Virus record (IMG/VR): IMGVR_UViG_3300021197_001203
Coordinates: 32,001-96,000 of that record
DNA from: a virus
Strand: one strand, 5' to 3'
DNA length: 64,000 nt
The notes beneath the pieces are model-generated. The model ran no database searches and was not told the origin of the DNA. It was given only the letters and a program-made list of their open reading frames with translations. Below are positions 54,501-64,000 of the stretch, one piece after another (position 1 is the stretch's first letter; the number at the start of each line of letters is the position of its first letter). Position numbers and translations under genes: made by a program.

Positions 54501-55868
54501 TATCTGCAAACCTTTGACTTTGTTAGTTGAGTTTAGAGACTTAGCTGAGAATATGGGGCGGGGTACATACTTGTCGTTATCATATTTCACACCTTGAGCC
54601 ACGAAATCTCCAACATATGAGATAGAGCTAATTTCGTCAAGAGAATGTTTGACCATATTTGAAGTAGTTCCGGTTGTTGCTTTGTAGCCGTTTTTCAAAT
54701 GTAGCACATCTCCGCTAGTCATTGGGACCTTCGTACCATATTCTAAAGACGCTAATTTCACATTGGATGAACCAGTAGTATCTTCTTGGGCTTTTGTAAT
54801 TCCACGAAATGAAGGAGACGTGACTGTAAAGTCGGGAGGGGGTATTTCAGGTAGGTCGCAAGAATTGAGACCTTCTATGCTGAAACGAACATACCCATGT
54901 CCTGACGTATGTGCGACAGCTGTCGAACCTCTTGAATCGTAATTCGTGGCTGGTAGCCCCATGTTCCCTCCATCCATCGGCTTTGCAGCTAATAGCCAAG
55001 TAGGTACGCTTTGACCTAATCCTTGAATGATCGGGCCAGCGTTAGCACCAGCCCAGTAGCCACCAGCTGTATTCGGAGTAGTTTCTTCCCAACCTAGAAC
55101 TATCGTATGTTTCTCAGGTTCTCCAGTTATGGTGAAAGTTGCGCCACTCAGCACATCGGGGTTGGTAAAGTCGGTTCCTACCTGCGTTATATCGCTTGAC
55201 ATATTTTCAGTAATGGTAAAAATCGCCCTAGAAGTCTGTCCTGTGGCGATATTTATTATTCTTTTAGGGCCATAGACCACTCCTGATACATTAGTATAAT
55301 TTAATGTTATACCGCTTGAATGGTCGCCATCAGTGTATGTTAAGGTCCCAGTAGTAGGTAAATCTGACGGGAAACCTTTGCCAAATGCACCCGCAAAATC
55401 AACGGTTAGTAAGTTTGCACTGCTAGCCCACTTAGCGGTGCCGCTGTATGTCGGTTTGCCTGACATTCTAACATATCTAGCTTTTAGATAACGAGTTTCA
55501 CTGTGGTCTCCTACCTGTTTTACCCTCCGGCTATTTATCTTAGCAGCAATATATCTAGTAGCTTCCTCAGTCCCTAAATTGTAAGTATATCCACTGTGCG
55601 CTGCGCCAATAGTTTTCAGATCAACGACTATGACGTTATCAGCTTCAGAAGGTGCAGCTGCCGTAGCAAGAGGCGTTCTAACAATAACAGTCAATCCTTG
55701 TTTCCAACCACTTGAATTAGCACCATACGTCCAATCGGTGACATCATCATTGTATTCAGTATCAGGGTAGGTAATGTGCATCGCAAAGAATCCACTTTTA
55801 GGATAACCCGATGAACTAGCCAATGGTTGGACCTTAGCAGGGTAAAGTTGTTTTTCATATCGTACCAT
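48594..55868 (-). CDS. giant tail protein (~2420 aa) with C-terminal hub/baseplate-like region
   Basis: Long ORF; C-terminal NEVIVAG..QEAMKLAKAIL..IAPGEII..YAVFEAEH; start ATG 55868 coupled to the upstream stop. Confidence 0.75.
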   Translation of the reverse strand: MVRYEKQLYPAKVQPLASSSGYPKSGFFAMHITYPDTEYNDDVTDWTYGANSSGWKQGLTVIVRTPLATAAAPSEADNVIVVDLKTIGAAHSGYTYNLGTEEATRYIAAKINSRRVKQVGDHSETRYLKARYVRMSGKPTYSGTAKWASSANLLTVDFAGAFGKGFPSDLPTTGTLTYTDGDHSSGITLNYTNVSGVVYGPKRIINIATGQTSRAIFTITENMSSDITQVGTDFTNPDVLSGATFTITGEPEKHTIVLGWEETTPNTAGGYWAGANAGPIIQGLGQSVPTWLLAAKPMDGGNMGLPATNYDSRGSTAVAHTSGHGYVRFSIEGLNSCDLPEIPPPDFTVTSPSFRGITKAQEDTTGSSNVKLASLEYGTKVPMTSGDVLHLKNGYKATTGTTSNMVKHSLDEISSISYVGDFVAQGVKYDNDKYVPRPIFSAKSLNSTNKVKGLQIPNEHMVFEDLLTKDDQGNVLTISGGSPWGVVIKDMKTKNVREDPITGEEITGPSTTDGKLTPNLEIQLPDPQDIPGEIFVRSGHDRVQAYSNMTWGLGGLSAPDPRTPGIAEAANKASQFDTHDRTLVFHCQRLLHPDLATKQGLVPHTTAGAVPSGTTRLYTAHRITDHAERGSVLTQAANGVQSGYPYPHHRIRFGRQGHSFVSPLMHRGTPMALRKQLHRSHGSSYSLLFEAESEHKHHGFGSGKAGQTNQIYELDTLDTKGQTNYDYSTGSFSADGMPLDEIKGYRLPDVKTTYSSIVPRDKIDYLIAPGQEHTEKMGVGHVVRRAVPSRDTALTVAGPTKLTFDNTLPSAEYNVANEFVINGFILGDYLLAGGKPIPPIIYAGSSNYFVSGREEGVAVGRIGTELATVPPLICHDPEYLNLAARTSAGGGITATNADRGLLKAADTGTGATPDAFLCNWLAEYSHPAVFGTSREHFMTFRYREAGMPRALQYPPVRGLYLRNFSHHPTAAQAENADPIERLYVTQWLQNYGYNGLNAGGHGATLGLRSANSVLMGHTTIREPQGTLRLQTIYDNVRHSRGEGIGDGVNPERTAGTISYDVDADGVSYSKYVSVIDSMVAYDMSRRLPIRAWGIRTASDALDMLAGDPNESTSNNQPIYGKGRFDGGVHDSVQVLPNQTDHGASWFFDKDYNGVERSTPIGLIMSGHTSEATPFSNNVRRSNLPLSKSETPIGIGATLKLESGGMTLPTSFPAGLWDTDYLEAPLKAQPQNKGSDPLIDLYQYTGSASYNQSQSNAAVTTTANNAATNFGNSSAAFFHLKGNALHTNASAIDHSAMRILAASGGEKQTHYPTTGWGSAKYNSSNNATTELKPIPLSEIAEHRQVQSRTEPRLGLIIDTQNEILENKSVEYQVIGTKAASLHSDLIVGQHYPVAPSWVNKAQLSKSGYTLDGGAGSNTTFANEYTQPTWSPDSDDAKGSGGVAVASLAISAAGTGYSDGNLTATGGGGSGFAGTYLVGRTITGFTLNSLRMSNAETTTYRVRINSNAVGGITATQAIIALTVNGQLTVTGISITSAGANFLAAHTLSLTYEVQDLGGNYVETSPSNGSGVAVVGTTGPVISLTMTNGGLGFTSNPTIVLSNAGSSAVIAPTLATIDYVPLVYAKTHALDSWTVRGSADLPAWGGVYILRKSYLNREKDGVMSTEVHGTSGNAMSSHPRRKAVDYIVRPVRPLKLFGFASDLLQDGWLNGARCKTTNTEKLAHQPFTRDGRYGVFEANVSKGLGNNRFVSTAEGTLSIDWPDANEYDAAYHLIPSSSMLQFFKSDAARKTIDGGFNPEIEPRYSQTPHPGGGEKLHQTQVRYYVDGTGIGGDFAKQGLEDQATHTTLDSMMRTYPTFLVKSQYTISSNNYIVIDDASLLPNSGTLFVVSKGKLTYSAKSGNRLTLSANNTGITDLTGQTLHYTTESSPTSLSDRRALTLPYVTIPTLADNALVLGKIETDTWKRFDATLSVVKQTSLSYRGLLEYDPSDFIMVSQRIFNISNGKNISAITNQNKGIQKIRVDGRELSETFSPPYLFDSQGVRLRIADITTEENTTSLRFKNIKGDSLGDNGIDLESGVVLGQYGFVGVRTSDAALMLLDDAGSELAGYNVTPTSALTANDKEVSSSLNAHPSLRLINDHSNTFVARKTKGINIMEAIRNLSQLDGRQLVNERNGGLIYSRATFNNKGSTINVSNPVRAVGVSKMIDSPNEVIVAGDTLANNERVYVAIKDPERMRDEAGRGATTGLAKTLRQEIPGLKTKQEAMKLAKAILARTENKSPVIELKGVMSSTNIAPGEIINLNLPIHEVRGEYAVFEAEHDYTNLESNFVIGQYDKGIEGLLSDLQAFTSNTAPADDSASETIDLIELAISGSVKIKAVHRISIRSTNNRGFLIGAKHTNGMGKVGVRDGGKRALPMGESKSIYYVVK

Positions 55869-58800
55869 TACCACTCCCCCTTTGCTGCCCATATTGCGGC
55901 TGCTTCAGTAGCTGTAAGGGCGTGATTGAATACCGCAAGATTAGATAGATAACAATTCCATAGATAGTGGTCAACCGCATTTGTCATGGGGTTAGTTATT
56001 CCGTTAGTCCCATCTGTTGTACCCACTGACATTACAGCAGTCACAGCTGATGAAGTAGGGTTTGCGTATGTCCCCTGATATTGATTTGTCAAAGTATAAT
56101 TTGCCCCATTATCTGTGGAGTTAGCAATATCTCTTAGAGCCGATAATCCGATCAAGGTCATGTTTGTTGCGGCAGTAGTGCCCAAAGCTGAAGGTATTGT
56201 CGCAGCCACTACTTGGGACGGACTCATCCCCGTATCTTTTGTGTTTCTTAAAAATGCTGAAATTGGCGCACTGCTATAATCTGTTATATTTGTTAGATTG
56301 CCTATGTTCTGTTGCCCTGTTAAAGTAGCCTCACCGCCTTGATAACCTGCCTTTCCAAACTTTAAGTAAGATTCGTTAGCCAAATAGAATGAAGCTGTGC
56401 TTCCACTTTTAGTCACAATAATATTTGTCCAAGCGTCTCGGTCTATCCTTAGCCCCAATCTTGTCACATCATTAAAATGGATAATCTGAGTCCCGTCTGC
56501 TTCACACGCTATCAATCCAAAATTGACATATTGGTCTGCCGAGGAATGACTGCTGTTTTGACCGCCAGCCATAACTAATCCCCAAAAACGTCCTCCTGAA
56601 TCTCTCCCAGTAATGATCGGACCCGATGCCGGGTTTCCTGAAGTGGAGGCATTATTGCACTTGAACCAAACGCTAATAGAAAAATCTCCACGGCAATCGA
56701 AATCTTTCATAGGCCCATATTCTGCTTCAACGCCACTATTATAATTGTAAAGAGCTAGAGCTTGGTCGTTTCCAAATAACATCCCTTTGTCTGTATTGTC
56801 AACAGAATAAGCAGGGCCGTTAGTTAGAGTAAAGTCCCCCCCAGTCCCGGTGACTCTTACTGGAGACCCATACAAATCTTCGGTCATAACAGAAGCACTT
56901 TGACTTAGAGTGCCTGAACCAATTGTTTGATTCATACGCATATACAACCTACACCCGTCCTTAACTTCACCATTGTCAACTATTAATTTATGATGAACAC
57001 CTTGTAGTGTATTGTCATTGATCGTATCATTATTCGTTATGTCTGTAAAATCCAGTATTGCAGTGGCCGTACTAACTTCATGAAGATTCTGAAAACCACT
57101 AAAACCCGTTGGCCCCTTAGAATAATGATGTTTGTAATCGTCACTATAATCATTAGCAGTACCATCGCTTACATCAAGAACAACGCCAGTATGCCCACCC
57201 CCGAAGAACACTATCCCCTCGCTATCAATTCTCGGCCAAAGGATTTCAACGTCAATGTCTCCTATCCTATCTGAACCATCAAAAAATTGATTATAGAACG
57301 ATTTCGGGTCATTACGTGCAACAATGTTGTGAATGAAGAAACAGTTTTCCCCGGTATCAGGGCCGATATATTGACTGATATAATCAAAATCAGCAATACG
57401 TCCATTCACACTTAATATCCCTTTATTTATAGACGAAGTAAGCTGGCTAGTTCTTTGGTTCCAATCCTCAGCTTTCAATGATACAGCCAATGAAGTGATT
57501 GTGGAAGCGTAAGATGTAGGTTTAACCATTTCATCATTTACCGAATCCGCTGAACCGTCAGAGTTCTTAGTAGTAGGTGCTGCTATGGTTTTAACTACGA
57601 ATCTCCCGCCTAGTCCATCGTAAGTTCTAATATTGCCATCAGCATCTGTTATCGAACCGTGAGGTGCGCCCCTGAATGTGGATATAGGAACATAGCTTTC
57701 CCCGTCTTCACCTATTGGCATCGGTGCTGGGAATGAATTAGGAAGATACGCCCTACTATTAGTTGCTAGTAGCCCTGCATACCCTGTGACTGATGCTGGC
57801 TTATATGGATAAGGCGTTCTATTTGAAAGATGCACAGCAAAGTTTCTTCCTGTCGCACCGGGAACTGTGCTATGAATTACAATACTACGTCCACGTTCTC
57901 CCTCCCTGCTTTCAGTATTTGCACCCTCAAAGGCCCTAACATATCCCATATGTGTCCCTGTATCTGAACTTGTGCTACCAGTGAATAATGCTGGCGGATT
58001 AAATGCACTGTCTCCTGTGCTATTCTTTGCTTGTGGATGGGCAGCCATATTTATAATCCGAATAACCTCATTGACACATTGTTCAAAATCGTCCATTTTC
58101 AATGCTATATCTGAAAAATCTATTTCTAACGGGCGAGTATATTCTAAAGAAGTGCCATCTGTTTTTTTACCCTTCAAAGCTAAATGAGAGGTTTTACATA
58201 TAATAGGGGGGACTAACGGCCTATCATTATTTGATTCGTAAAGTTCTAACACGTCAAAATCAAACGCCTCCATATTAGGCCCGTCTTTGATCAAGTATCG
58301 TTTTGGGTTATTCGGGTCAACTTGAATAGCATTTGCTGTTTTACCAAATAGATGTCTAACAGCGGTTGCTATTTCAGTGGCTAACAAGGGGGCTACTAGA
58401 TCGAATAGATAATTTACATCAGAAGGAGTACCATAAGCAGTATTGTATTGAGAAATTACATCCGTGAGATTAGCTATACATTCGCTATCAACAGCAGTTC
58501 CTCCGTTTATCGGCACATATCCTCCAAGAGTCACTACCGCCCCATCAAACTCAAGAGTGTTATAATTTTGAGCTGCTAAAGTTAATGGGTGCCATACATG
58601 ACTTGTATCTATAACTAATACATTTGTTGAGGAACCATGAATAGATGCTTTGGCTAATACCCCTAAACCATCATTTAACACACCCTCTCCAATAGTAATA
58701 TAGAAGTTTGAGTCATTACAATATGATGCTTCGCCTCTTTCACCTGTGGCTTTTAGGAATGCACTGTAATCATCAACGGTTAAGTTTGGTGAAGACCAAC

Positions 58801-61800
58801 CCGTTTGGACAGCTTGGACAGAAGGACGCTGACATCGTATTAGATGTACCATTCCTGCCGTAAGAAAATCCCAGTATTGTTCCGTTATTTCAACTGATGC
58901 TACCTCGCTATGTAAGCCCCAATCAATCGCATATCTTGATTCATGCTCTTTCATTTGTGGCCTATTCATGGCTGTCATAGTAGTATCAACAGTCATCTTA
59001 AATCTTTTATTACTCGATATAGGGGTCCTAGAATCATTACCTTCTTTTTCTATTTTATCGACATCATAAAACATTGAGGGGAATAAAGGGATTTCCGTCA
59101 ACGCTCTTGTTGATGCGTAATATGTTGAAGCTTGTTTATCATTACGCACAGAGTTATTACCGCTGCCTACTATTCTATCCTTCCATCCGGGGAATAACGG
59201 GTGTTCGTCATATACTGGTTGAATGTCTATACCCCCTTGCCCAAGCCCTCCTAATGTCAAACTTACAGAAGGAGTCCCAAGATCGCCAATTTCTTTAACA
59301 GGTGTGCCTTGACTCAAATCAAAGTCTCTTTCTGCCCTACTATCGGAAATATCCATCAATATTGACCTGCCTCTTAGAGCTAAAAAGGAACCCACTTCAG
59401 ACAGCGTAGGGCTAACTTCTTCAATGCGCCCTTTCATAAGAGTCAACTCTAATGTAGCAATAGAAGCATTTTTTGTTCCATCTGATGAAACCATTATGTC
59501 GTCTAATGACCCAAAGCGGCTTCTTTTTGTTGGATGTACCAGCACATAACTTTCATCCGCTTTTATATCATTATCAACTACATCAAACCCTAAAAGATTT
59601 GACTTTCTAAATGATGAAGGAGTTTGTTTATTTGAGGTATGGGTCTTTAGATTTCGTTTCCCTATGTTTTCGATTACCATTGTATGATATTCAGAATTAC
59701 TAGAAGCATCCGGGGTATTAGTGCTGGGCACCGCCTTTGGCCTACCATACCCTCTTATGCTGGTGCCTAAAGACAAAACACAATCCTCTATATTGATGAA
59801 TGGAGAGGGTGTGATGTCCCCCGTGGGATTAGACGACAATATATTTCCTTGAATTGGTCTATTAAACGAAGCACTACTAACGCTCACAAGACCGCCGGGT
59901 GCGGTAATCTTCAACAGAACCTCCTTCGTATTGGAGGGCGTGTTAGTATAGGGGACTCTGAGGTAATCCGCAATAGTCCTATTGTTGAATACCGCTGAAC
60001 CATTTGGAACTGTTTTTTTCACCACCAAATAACCCTTATTCCCAATAGCATGAAATGGATTAAACTTAACATTAATTCCTGACCTTAAATTGAATCCGGT
60101 CCCAGCTACAACCTCTCCTGTGAGGTCAATAGCATCATAATAAACAAGTATCTTCTTTGGCCCTCCAGCTGAAACCAATACGCTAGGTGATTCGATCACA
60201 GCAATACGTGGTTCTTTCTCAGGAGTTAAATGACGGATATAAGAATCGTTTGTAGGCACACCGCCCACAATAGATGCGGTATGGTTATCGTCAAGACCCT
60301 TTAACAAAAATGGTTTAATGTTTTCAACCGCAATAGCCACTATCTCATCACGGGTCGAGGATGACATATTATTTGCCGAATCAAAATAACCTACCCCATC
60401 TTCAGTGACTATTCTGTTAAAGGGTGCGTTATCTGCTTTCAACGCCATAACAGTATTAGATGTGTTGACCACTCTTTCTATCTCGCCCGTAAATACGGTT
60501 TCAGTGACTTTAACAATATCATTCTGACCGATTATAGAATCAACATGAATATCCTCGCTAATGTATTCAAACGTGTTCGCAATACCCTGAACTGTCTGTT
60601 TTACCGTTTGTTGTTTAGGTATCGGCAATTTCTTCAGATAGAAATCACCTTCATACAAACTGTATGATGTCACGCCCCCCATAGCCGGATAGCTATCCGA
60701 GGGTTCTGATAATACAGTCCCATCCCCTAAACCAGTCATCCTACTCTTGGGCGACACAAAGTACGCATCGTGGTTATACGATGTTAAATCTGAAAACCTT
60801 TGACCTTGAGTAAATAAATATTTAGTAAACGTGTCGCTAGCTCTTGTGCGTTGTTGTGAAATTGTGCTGACACTTTCATTACCTGTATCAATCAACAAGT
60901 CGGTCTTACCAATCATAAACCAAATAGGTATATCTGCTGATCTTGGGAATAAAGGATTTTGAGTAATAGGTAGGTTATCTCTCCCCCCACTGTATGTAGT
61001 CGAAGAAGCACTATTCGCTAAAATAGTCGAAGTCGCAATCAATTTATTATTAGCAAAGTCAATACCAGTAATCCTCACTCTTTCAATATTATTTGCAGCA
61101 ATCATCGGGTTATGGTCAACTGCTGCCGAGGTGGATGTAGCTACGTCATCAGCCCATCTTATCCTTCTGCTTGCAGGACTGGTGATAACTCCAGTTAAGG
61201 GATGTGTCCCTGAATGATTGAATATTGCATTGAGGGTTGTTGATGATACACCATCAAAATACTCTCCGTCAGTCAAATCTAAAGTTCCGACAGACCATGT
61301 TTGATTTGCTATGTCTTTCAATTCAACGCCAGTCATAAGAGAAGCTAGTTTTTCCAATGCGGTATAACGGTCAACACTTGAATTAGGATTTGAGGGGTAA
61401 TCTCTCAGCTTGAAACTATTGCCGCTAAATGTATGCGCCATAGCCACCATTGGTATAGGCATCAAGCCGTCATGAGTATCAGGGCCATCCCTGCCCTGTG
61501 TCAAAACCGCAGCTCTAGCATTATCAAAGAAATATATATCGGGGGATTCGTAGTCATCTTCAAACAACCAAAGGCCCAGTGTTGAATCTTGTTTTGTTAA
61601 AGGTGCAACATTCGGTTCAATAATCCCCCTACTCACTCTAATAGATTCGATCAGGCCCCTGTATTCGCCTCCCTGCCCACCTATGAATAAGTCTGACGAG
61701 TTTTGAACCACATAGGGGGTATCGCCGCCGAAGTTAATTTCACCTACTAAATCCCCATTGATATAACACCGCATATACTCCTGACCAAACTGAGCTGTGA

Positions 61801-62266
61801 TCATCACAAGAGGCTGCTCACCTAAAGTCAACTCTTGAGGTTTGTGTCCTCCATCTGCAAATGTCCCTGAATTACTCTCAATTGATACAGGGATATTATA
61901 AGATGTTTCTATACGATACGTTTGTTTGTCAGATATAACATCGAATACAAGAGGGCCATTTGTAAATGGTTTACCATAACTTAGTTTGAATTGTCCCGGT
62001 TTATCTAGTATCACACCTCCATAATCAGGTATGATAAATGCGTCAACTGTGAACTCGGTTCTAAATGAGTTTAATGGGTTAGACATTTGTTCTTCGTGCA
62101 TTCTGCCTATTTTGGTAGCATTACTTTTAGGGTTCTTGGCTGTTGATTCAAAAAGCGGGTGCCGTATATCTTTACCGGATTCTTTGAACTTACCAGTAGG
62201 GACAATTAGGCCATCAGTCAAACCGTTCAGTCTTAGTGCCCTGCCGTGATAACGAATAATCCCCAC
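55868..62266 (-). CDS. giant tail protein (2132 aa) with N- and C-terminal LamG/concanavalin-like domains
   Basis: FTVDAFI..YINGDLV..LFIGG..YRGLIESIRVS; FSISVWF..WTNIIVT..LAVFNHALT..AIW. Confidence 0.8.
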   Translation of the reverse strand: MGIIRYHGRALRLNGLTDGLIVPTGKFKESGKDIRHPLFESTAKNPKSNATKIGRMHEEQMSNPLNSFRTEFTVDAFIIPDYGGVILDKPGQFKLSYGKPFTNGPLVFDVISDKQTYRIETSYNIPVSIESNSGTFADGGHKPQELTLGEQPLVMITAQFGQEYMRCYINGDLVGEINFGGDTPYVVQNSSDLFIGGQGGEYRGLIESIRVSRGIIEPNVAPLTKQDSTLGLWLFEDDYESPDIYFFDNARAAVLTQGRDGPDTHDGLMPIPMVAMAHTFSGNSFKLRDYPSNPNSSVDRYTALEKLASLMTGVELKDIANQTWSVGTLDLTDGEYFDGVSSTTLNAIFNHSGTHPLTGVITSPASRRIRWADDVATSTSAAVDHNPMIAANNIERVRITGIDFANNKLIATSTILANSASSTTYSGGRDNLPITQNPLFPRSADIPIWFMIGKTDLLIDTGNESVSTISQQRTRASDTFTKYLFTQGQRFSDLTSYNHDAYFVSPKSRMTGLGDGTVLSEPSDSYPAMGGVTSYSLYEGDFYLKKLPIPKQQTVKQTVQGIANTFEYISEDIHVDSIIGQNDIVKVTETVFTGEIERVVNTSNTVMALKADNAPFNRIVTEDGVGYFDSANNMSSSTRDEIVAIAVENIKPFLLKGLDDNHTASIVGGVPTNDSYIRHLTPEKEPRIAVIESPSVLVSAGGPKKILVYYDAIDLTGEVVAGTGFNLRSGINVKFNPFHAIGNKGYLVVKKTVPNGSAVFNNRTIADYLRVPYTNTPSNTKEVLLKITAPGGLVSVSSASFNRPIQGNILSSNPTGDITPSPFINIEDCVLSLGTSIRGYGRPKAVPSTNTPDASSNSEYHTMVIENIGKRNLKTHTSNKQTPSSFRKSNLLGFDVVDNDIKADESYVLVHPTKRSRFGSLDDIMVSSDGTKNASIATLELTLMKGRIEEVSPTLSEVGSFLALRGRSILMDISDSRAERDFDLSQGTPVKEIGDLGTPSVSLTLGGLGQGGIDIQPVYDEHPLFPGWKDRIVGSGNNSVRNDKQASTYYASTRALTEIPLFPSMFYDVDKIEKEGNDSRTPISSNKRFKMTVDTTMTAMNRPQMKEHESRYAIDWGLHSEVASVEITEQYWDFLTAGMVHLIRCQRPSVQAVQTGWSSPNLTVDDYSAFLKATGERGEASYCNDSNFYITIGEGVLNDGLGVLAKASIHGSSTNVLVIDTSHVWHPLTLAAQNYNTLEFDGAVVTLGGYVPINGGTAVDSECIANLTDVISQYNTAYGTPSDVNYLFDLVAPLLATEIATAVRHLFGKTANAIQVDPNNPKRYLIKDGPNMEAFDFDVLELYESNNDRPLVPPIICKTSHLALKGKKTDGTSLEYTRPLEIDFSDIALKMDDFEQCVNEVIRIINMAAHPQAKNSTGDSAFNPPALFTGSTSSDTGTHMGYVRAFEGANTESREGERGRSIVIHSTVPGATGRNFAVHLSNRTPYPYKPASVTGYAGLLATNSRAYLPNSFPAPMPIGEDGESYVPISTFRGAPHGSITDADGNIRTYDGLGGRFVVKTIAAPTTKNSDGSADSVNDEMVKPTSYASTITSLAVSLKAEDWNQRTSQLTSSINKGILSVNGRIADFDYISQYIGPDTGENCFFIHNIVARNDPKSFYNQFFDGSDRIGDIDVEILWPRIDSEGIVFFGGGHTGVVLDVSDGTANDYSDDYKHHYSKGPTGFSGFQNLHEVSTATAILDFTDITNNDTINDNTLQGVHHKLIVDNGEVKDGCRLYMRMNQTIGSGTLSQSASVMTEDLYGSPVRVTGTGGDFTLTNGPAYSVDNTDKGMLFGNDQALALYNYNSGVEAEYGPMKDFDCRGDFSISVWFKCNNASTSGNPASGPIITGRDSGGRFWGLVMAGGQNSSHSSADQYVNFGLIACEADGTQIIHFNDVTRLGLRIDRDAWTNIIVTKSGSTASFYLANESYLKFGKAGYQGGEATLTGQQNIGNLTNITDYSSAPISAFLRNTKDTGMSPSQVVAATIPSALGTTAATNMTLIGLSALRDIANSTDNGANYTLTNQYQGTYANPTSSAVTAVMSVGTTDGTNGITNPMTNAVDHYLWNCYLSNLAVFNHALTATEAAAIWAAKGEW

Positions 62267-62278
62267 AATATAGCCCCC

Positions 62279-63565
62279 TTATAGACCAATCAACTGTTCG
62301 GCAACACTCAGGGTCATATTGTATGACCAATACCCGTCTCCTGCATTGTAAGTAGGAACTACTGACATAAGAACCGCAGGGATAGCGACTCCCTGTTCTA
62401 AAAATGGATTAGGGCGTGAAATCTTATTATCGACTACAATTGTAGGGTCATAATCAGATGTGTTTTTTTCCGAACTATAATCCGTACCGGGGCCAGCAGG
62501 TATTACATATTGTCTTAACACACGATGACCTAATGCGTTGCTAGCTATTGATTCGTAAGGAACTCTAACACCTACTATGTATTTTTTGACTACTGCTGCT
62601 TCGTTAATTCGTAAAAACTTTGAAACATCAAACGAAGACATACTGTCGGGAAGGTCGAGAACATCACCTGTTAATGTTGCCGGAGATATTAATGCCCCCC
62701 CTGCTGATTGGTTGGCTAGGTTTAGTAAATCTTGAACCTTATCGCCCATTGAGAGTTTCACACTTGATGCGCCACCTGTCATACTACTGGTGACAAATGC
62801 TTTGTCCCATTTCTGAAGTGAGCCAGCGACTAATGCGTAAGTATTCGTGCCGTCTCTTTCACCCTTCTGAACGGACACCGAAACATCGCCGTTTACACCT
62901 ACTGTCTTATTTTTAATACTGATCAATTCGCCTGAATATACTGCATTGACATCTCCTGTCTGATGGTAATATGAATTATTCATTTGTTGCCCATTGGATG
63001 CAGACACGTCAAAAGCGGTGGTGAATGCGACTGTTGCCGTGTTTTCTTTGATCGAAGCTGAAGCCAAAGCATTCCTTATGGTTGTTGAAAGTGTGCCTGT
63101 ATTTGTAGTGGAAGATATATCCACTCCTATCAAACTTTCAGTAGCCACAACAGAGGTAGTGGTTCCGTTAGCTAACCTAATTTTTGTCGTTTCGCCTAAA
63201 TCCGCATCAACCTGTCCTATTGATTTGAAAGCAATCTCCACACCGTCTAAATCGGTTTTTACCGCCGACCAAGAACCTGTCACTACCGCATATTGCCCAT
63301 ACCATGTTGAGCTTGGAATTGTACCAGCTGATCTTGAGAGGTCTATTGTGAAAGCTGAACCATTTCCTGCAACCTCTCCCTCATCATCACTGATTATCCC
63401 ATCAATACTAATTCCGATTGTAGCAACATTCATATCTAAAGCAAATCTTTGAGCTATAACGGGCAAGGGAGTCACAGATGTTTCACGTTTAACATCAAAA
63501 GTAATCATGTTTGCATCTAATTCAATTACAGAACTATCCCTACGGATTAATTGTATTTTAGGCAT
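62279..63565 (-). CDS. tail protein (distal-tail-like position)
   Basis: 428 aa immediately after the tape measure protein; YNAGD..WSYNMTL. Confidence 0.6.
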   Translation of the reverse strand: MPKIQLIRRDSSVIELDANMITFDVKRETSVTPLPVIAQRFALDMNVATIGISIDGIISDDEGEVAGNGSAFTIDLSRSAGTIPSSTWYGQYAVVTGSWSAVKTDLDGVEIAFKSIGQVDADLGETTKIRLANGTTTSVVATESLIGVDISSTTNTGTLSTTIRNALASASIKENTATVAFTTAFDVSASNGQQMNNSYYHQTGDVNAVYSGELISIKNKTVGVNGDVSVSVQKGERDGTNTYALVAGSLQKWDKAFVTSSMTGGASSVKLSMGDKVQDLLNLANQSAGGALISPATLTGDVLDLPDSMSSFDVSKFLRINEAAVVKKYIVGVRVPYESIASNALGHRVLRQYVIPAGPGTDYSSEKNTSDYDPTIVVDNKISRPNPFLEQGVAIPAVLMSVVPTYNAGDGYWSYNMTLSVAEQLIGL

Positions 63566-63566
63566 A

Positions 63567-63998
63567 TTATATCACTCCCCTACCGAAACTATTACCCCTA
63601 GACCTTGACCTAAAAGCCCTTTGAACTTCTTTACTTACTTCTCTAGCTATTTCACGGGCATTTCCCCCGCCGGACACATTTATTGCTAGATTCATCGTGT
63701 CTCCTTCACTGCCGCCACCCATGCCGCTTAGTGTGACTGGTATAGACTGACCGTCAGGCAGAGGAACCACCGCTTCAGTTCCGTGTAGTGTGACTGGGTA
63801 GCCACTTGTTGGACCGGATGCAATACCTCCACTAGCAAACAGTAAATCTTTTGCTTTTCCACCCAATCCTCCTACGTCTTTCATCCAATCAGGCATACTA
63901 GGCATATTGCCCTCAATCCAATCAAAGGCTCTTTTTGCACCACCTGTTAAACCATCATAAAAATCATTACCAAGACTGGAAAAACCATCCGCTATCCA
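63567..63998 (-). CDS. tail tape measure protein, C-terminal part (partial)
   Basis: Frame open to the window end; FASGGIASGP..LHGTEAVVPL..INVSG..A signature. Confidence 0.75.
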   Translation of the reverse strand, partial: WIADGFSSLGNDFYDGLTGGAKRAFDWIEGNMPSMPDWMKDVGGLGGKAKDLLFASGGIASGPTSGYPVTLHGTEAVVPLPDGQSIPVTLSGMGGGSEGDTMNLAINVSGGGNAREIAREVSKEVQRAFRSRSRGNSFGRGVI

Positions 63999-64000
63999 AG

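Noticed and set aside
48619-63452. Plus-strand ORFs within the tail module, and antisense ORFs elsewhere
   Set aside because: Shadow frames fully overlapping long, motif-bearing genes on the opposite strand.
1-64000. tRNA/rRNA genes, DGR, integrase, alternative genetic code
   Set aside because: No cloverleaf, reverse transcriptase or recombinase motifs noticed by eye; ORFs tile densely under the standard code. tRNAscan-SE would be needed to exclude tRNAs formally.

Overview
This 64 kb window is part of a tailed dsDNA archaeal virus genome, most likely a magrovirus-like virus of Marine Group II Euryarchaeota. Support: a group II chaperonin, a fused archaeo-eukaryotic primase, an ERCC4 nuclease, TATA-type leaderless starts and GGAGG/GGTGA ribosome-binding sites. 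Layout: (1) 1-13.2 kb is a minus-strand accessory block; (2) 13.2-14.0 kb is a repeat-rich non-coding divergence point; (3) 14.0-44.5 kb is a plus-strand early/replication block (SF1 helicase, many small genes, thermosome, PC4-like protein, ligase-like protein, ATPases, PAPS-reductase-like protein, PD-(D/E)XK nuclease, primase, ERCC4 nuclease); (4) 44.5-64 kb is a minus-strand tail module ending in two accessory genes. The strongest novel signal is a shared ~12-residue leader, M-x-x-F-[DE]-x-A-W-x-[ILV]-[VT]-K, in about 16 otherwise unrelated minus-strand ORFs. These include ADP-ribosyltransferase-like, kinase-like, ASCH, zincin, GP88-like, C5-methyltransferase and ParB-like proteins. I infer a capsid-targeting/maturation tag for a modular set of virion-delivered effectors, analogous to the T4 capsid-targeting sequence. 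Other signals: a 1238-aa early protein punctuated by a repeated TVVxE[SAV]R linker, strong enrichment of TGATCGA/TCGATCA, and two classes of repeated promoter motif. All family assignments are by-eye motif recognition, and no database searches were run.
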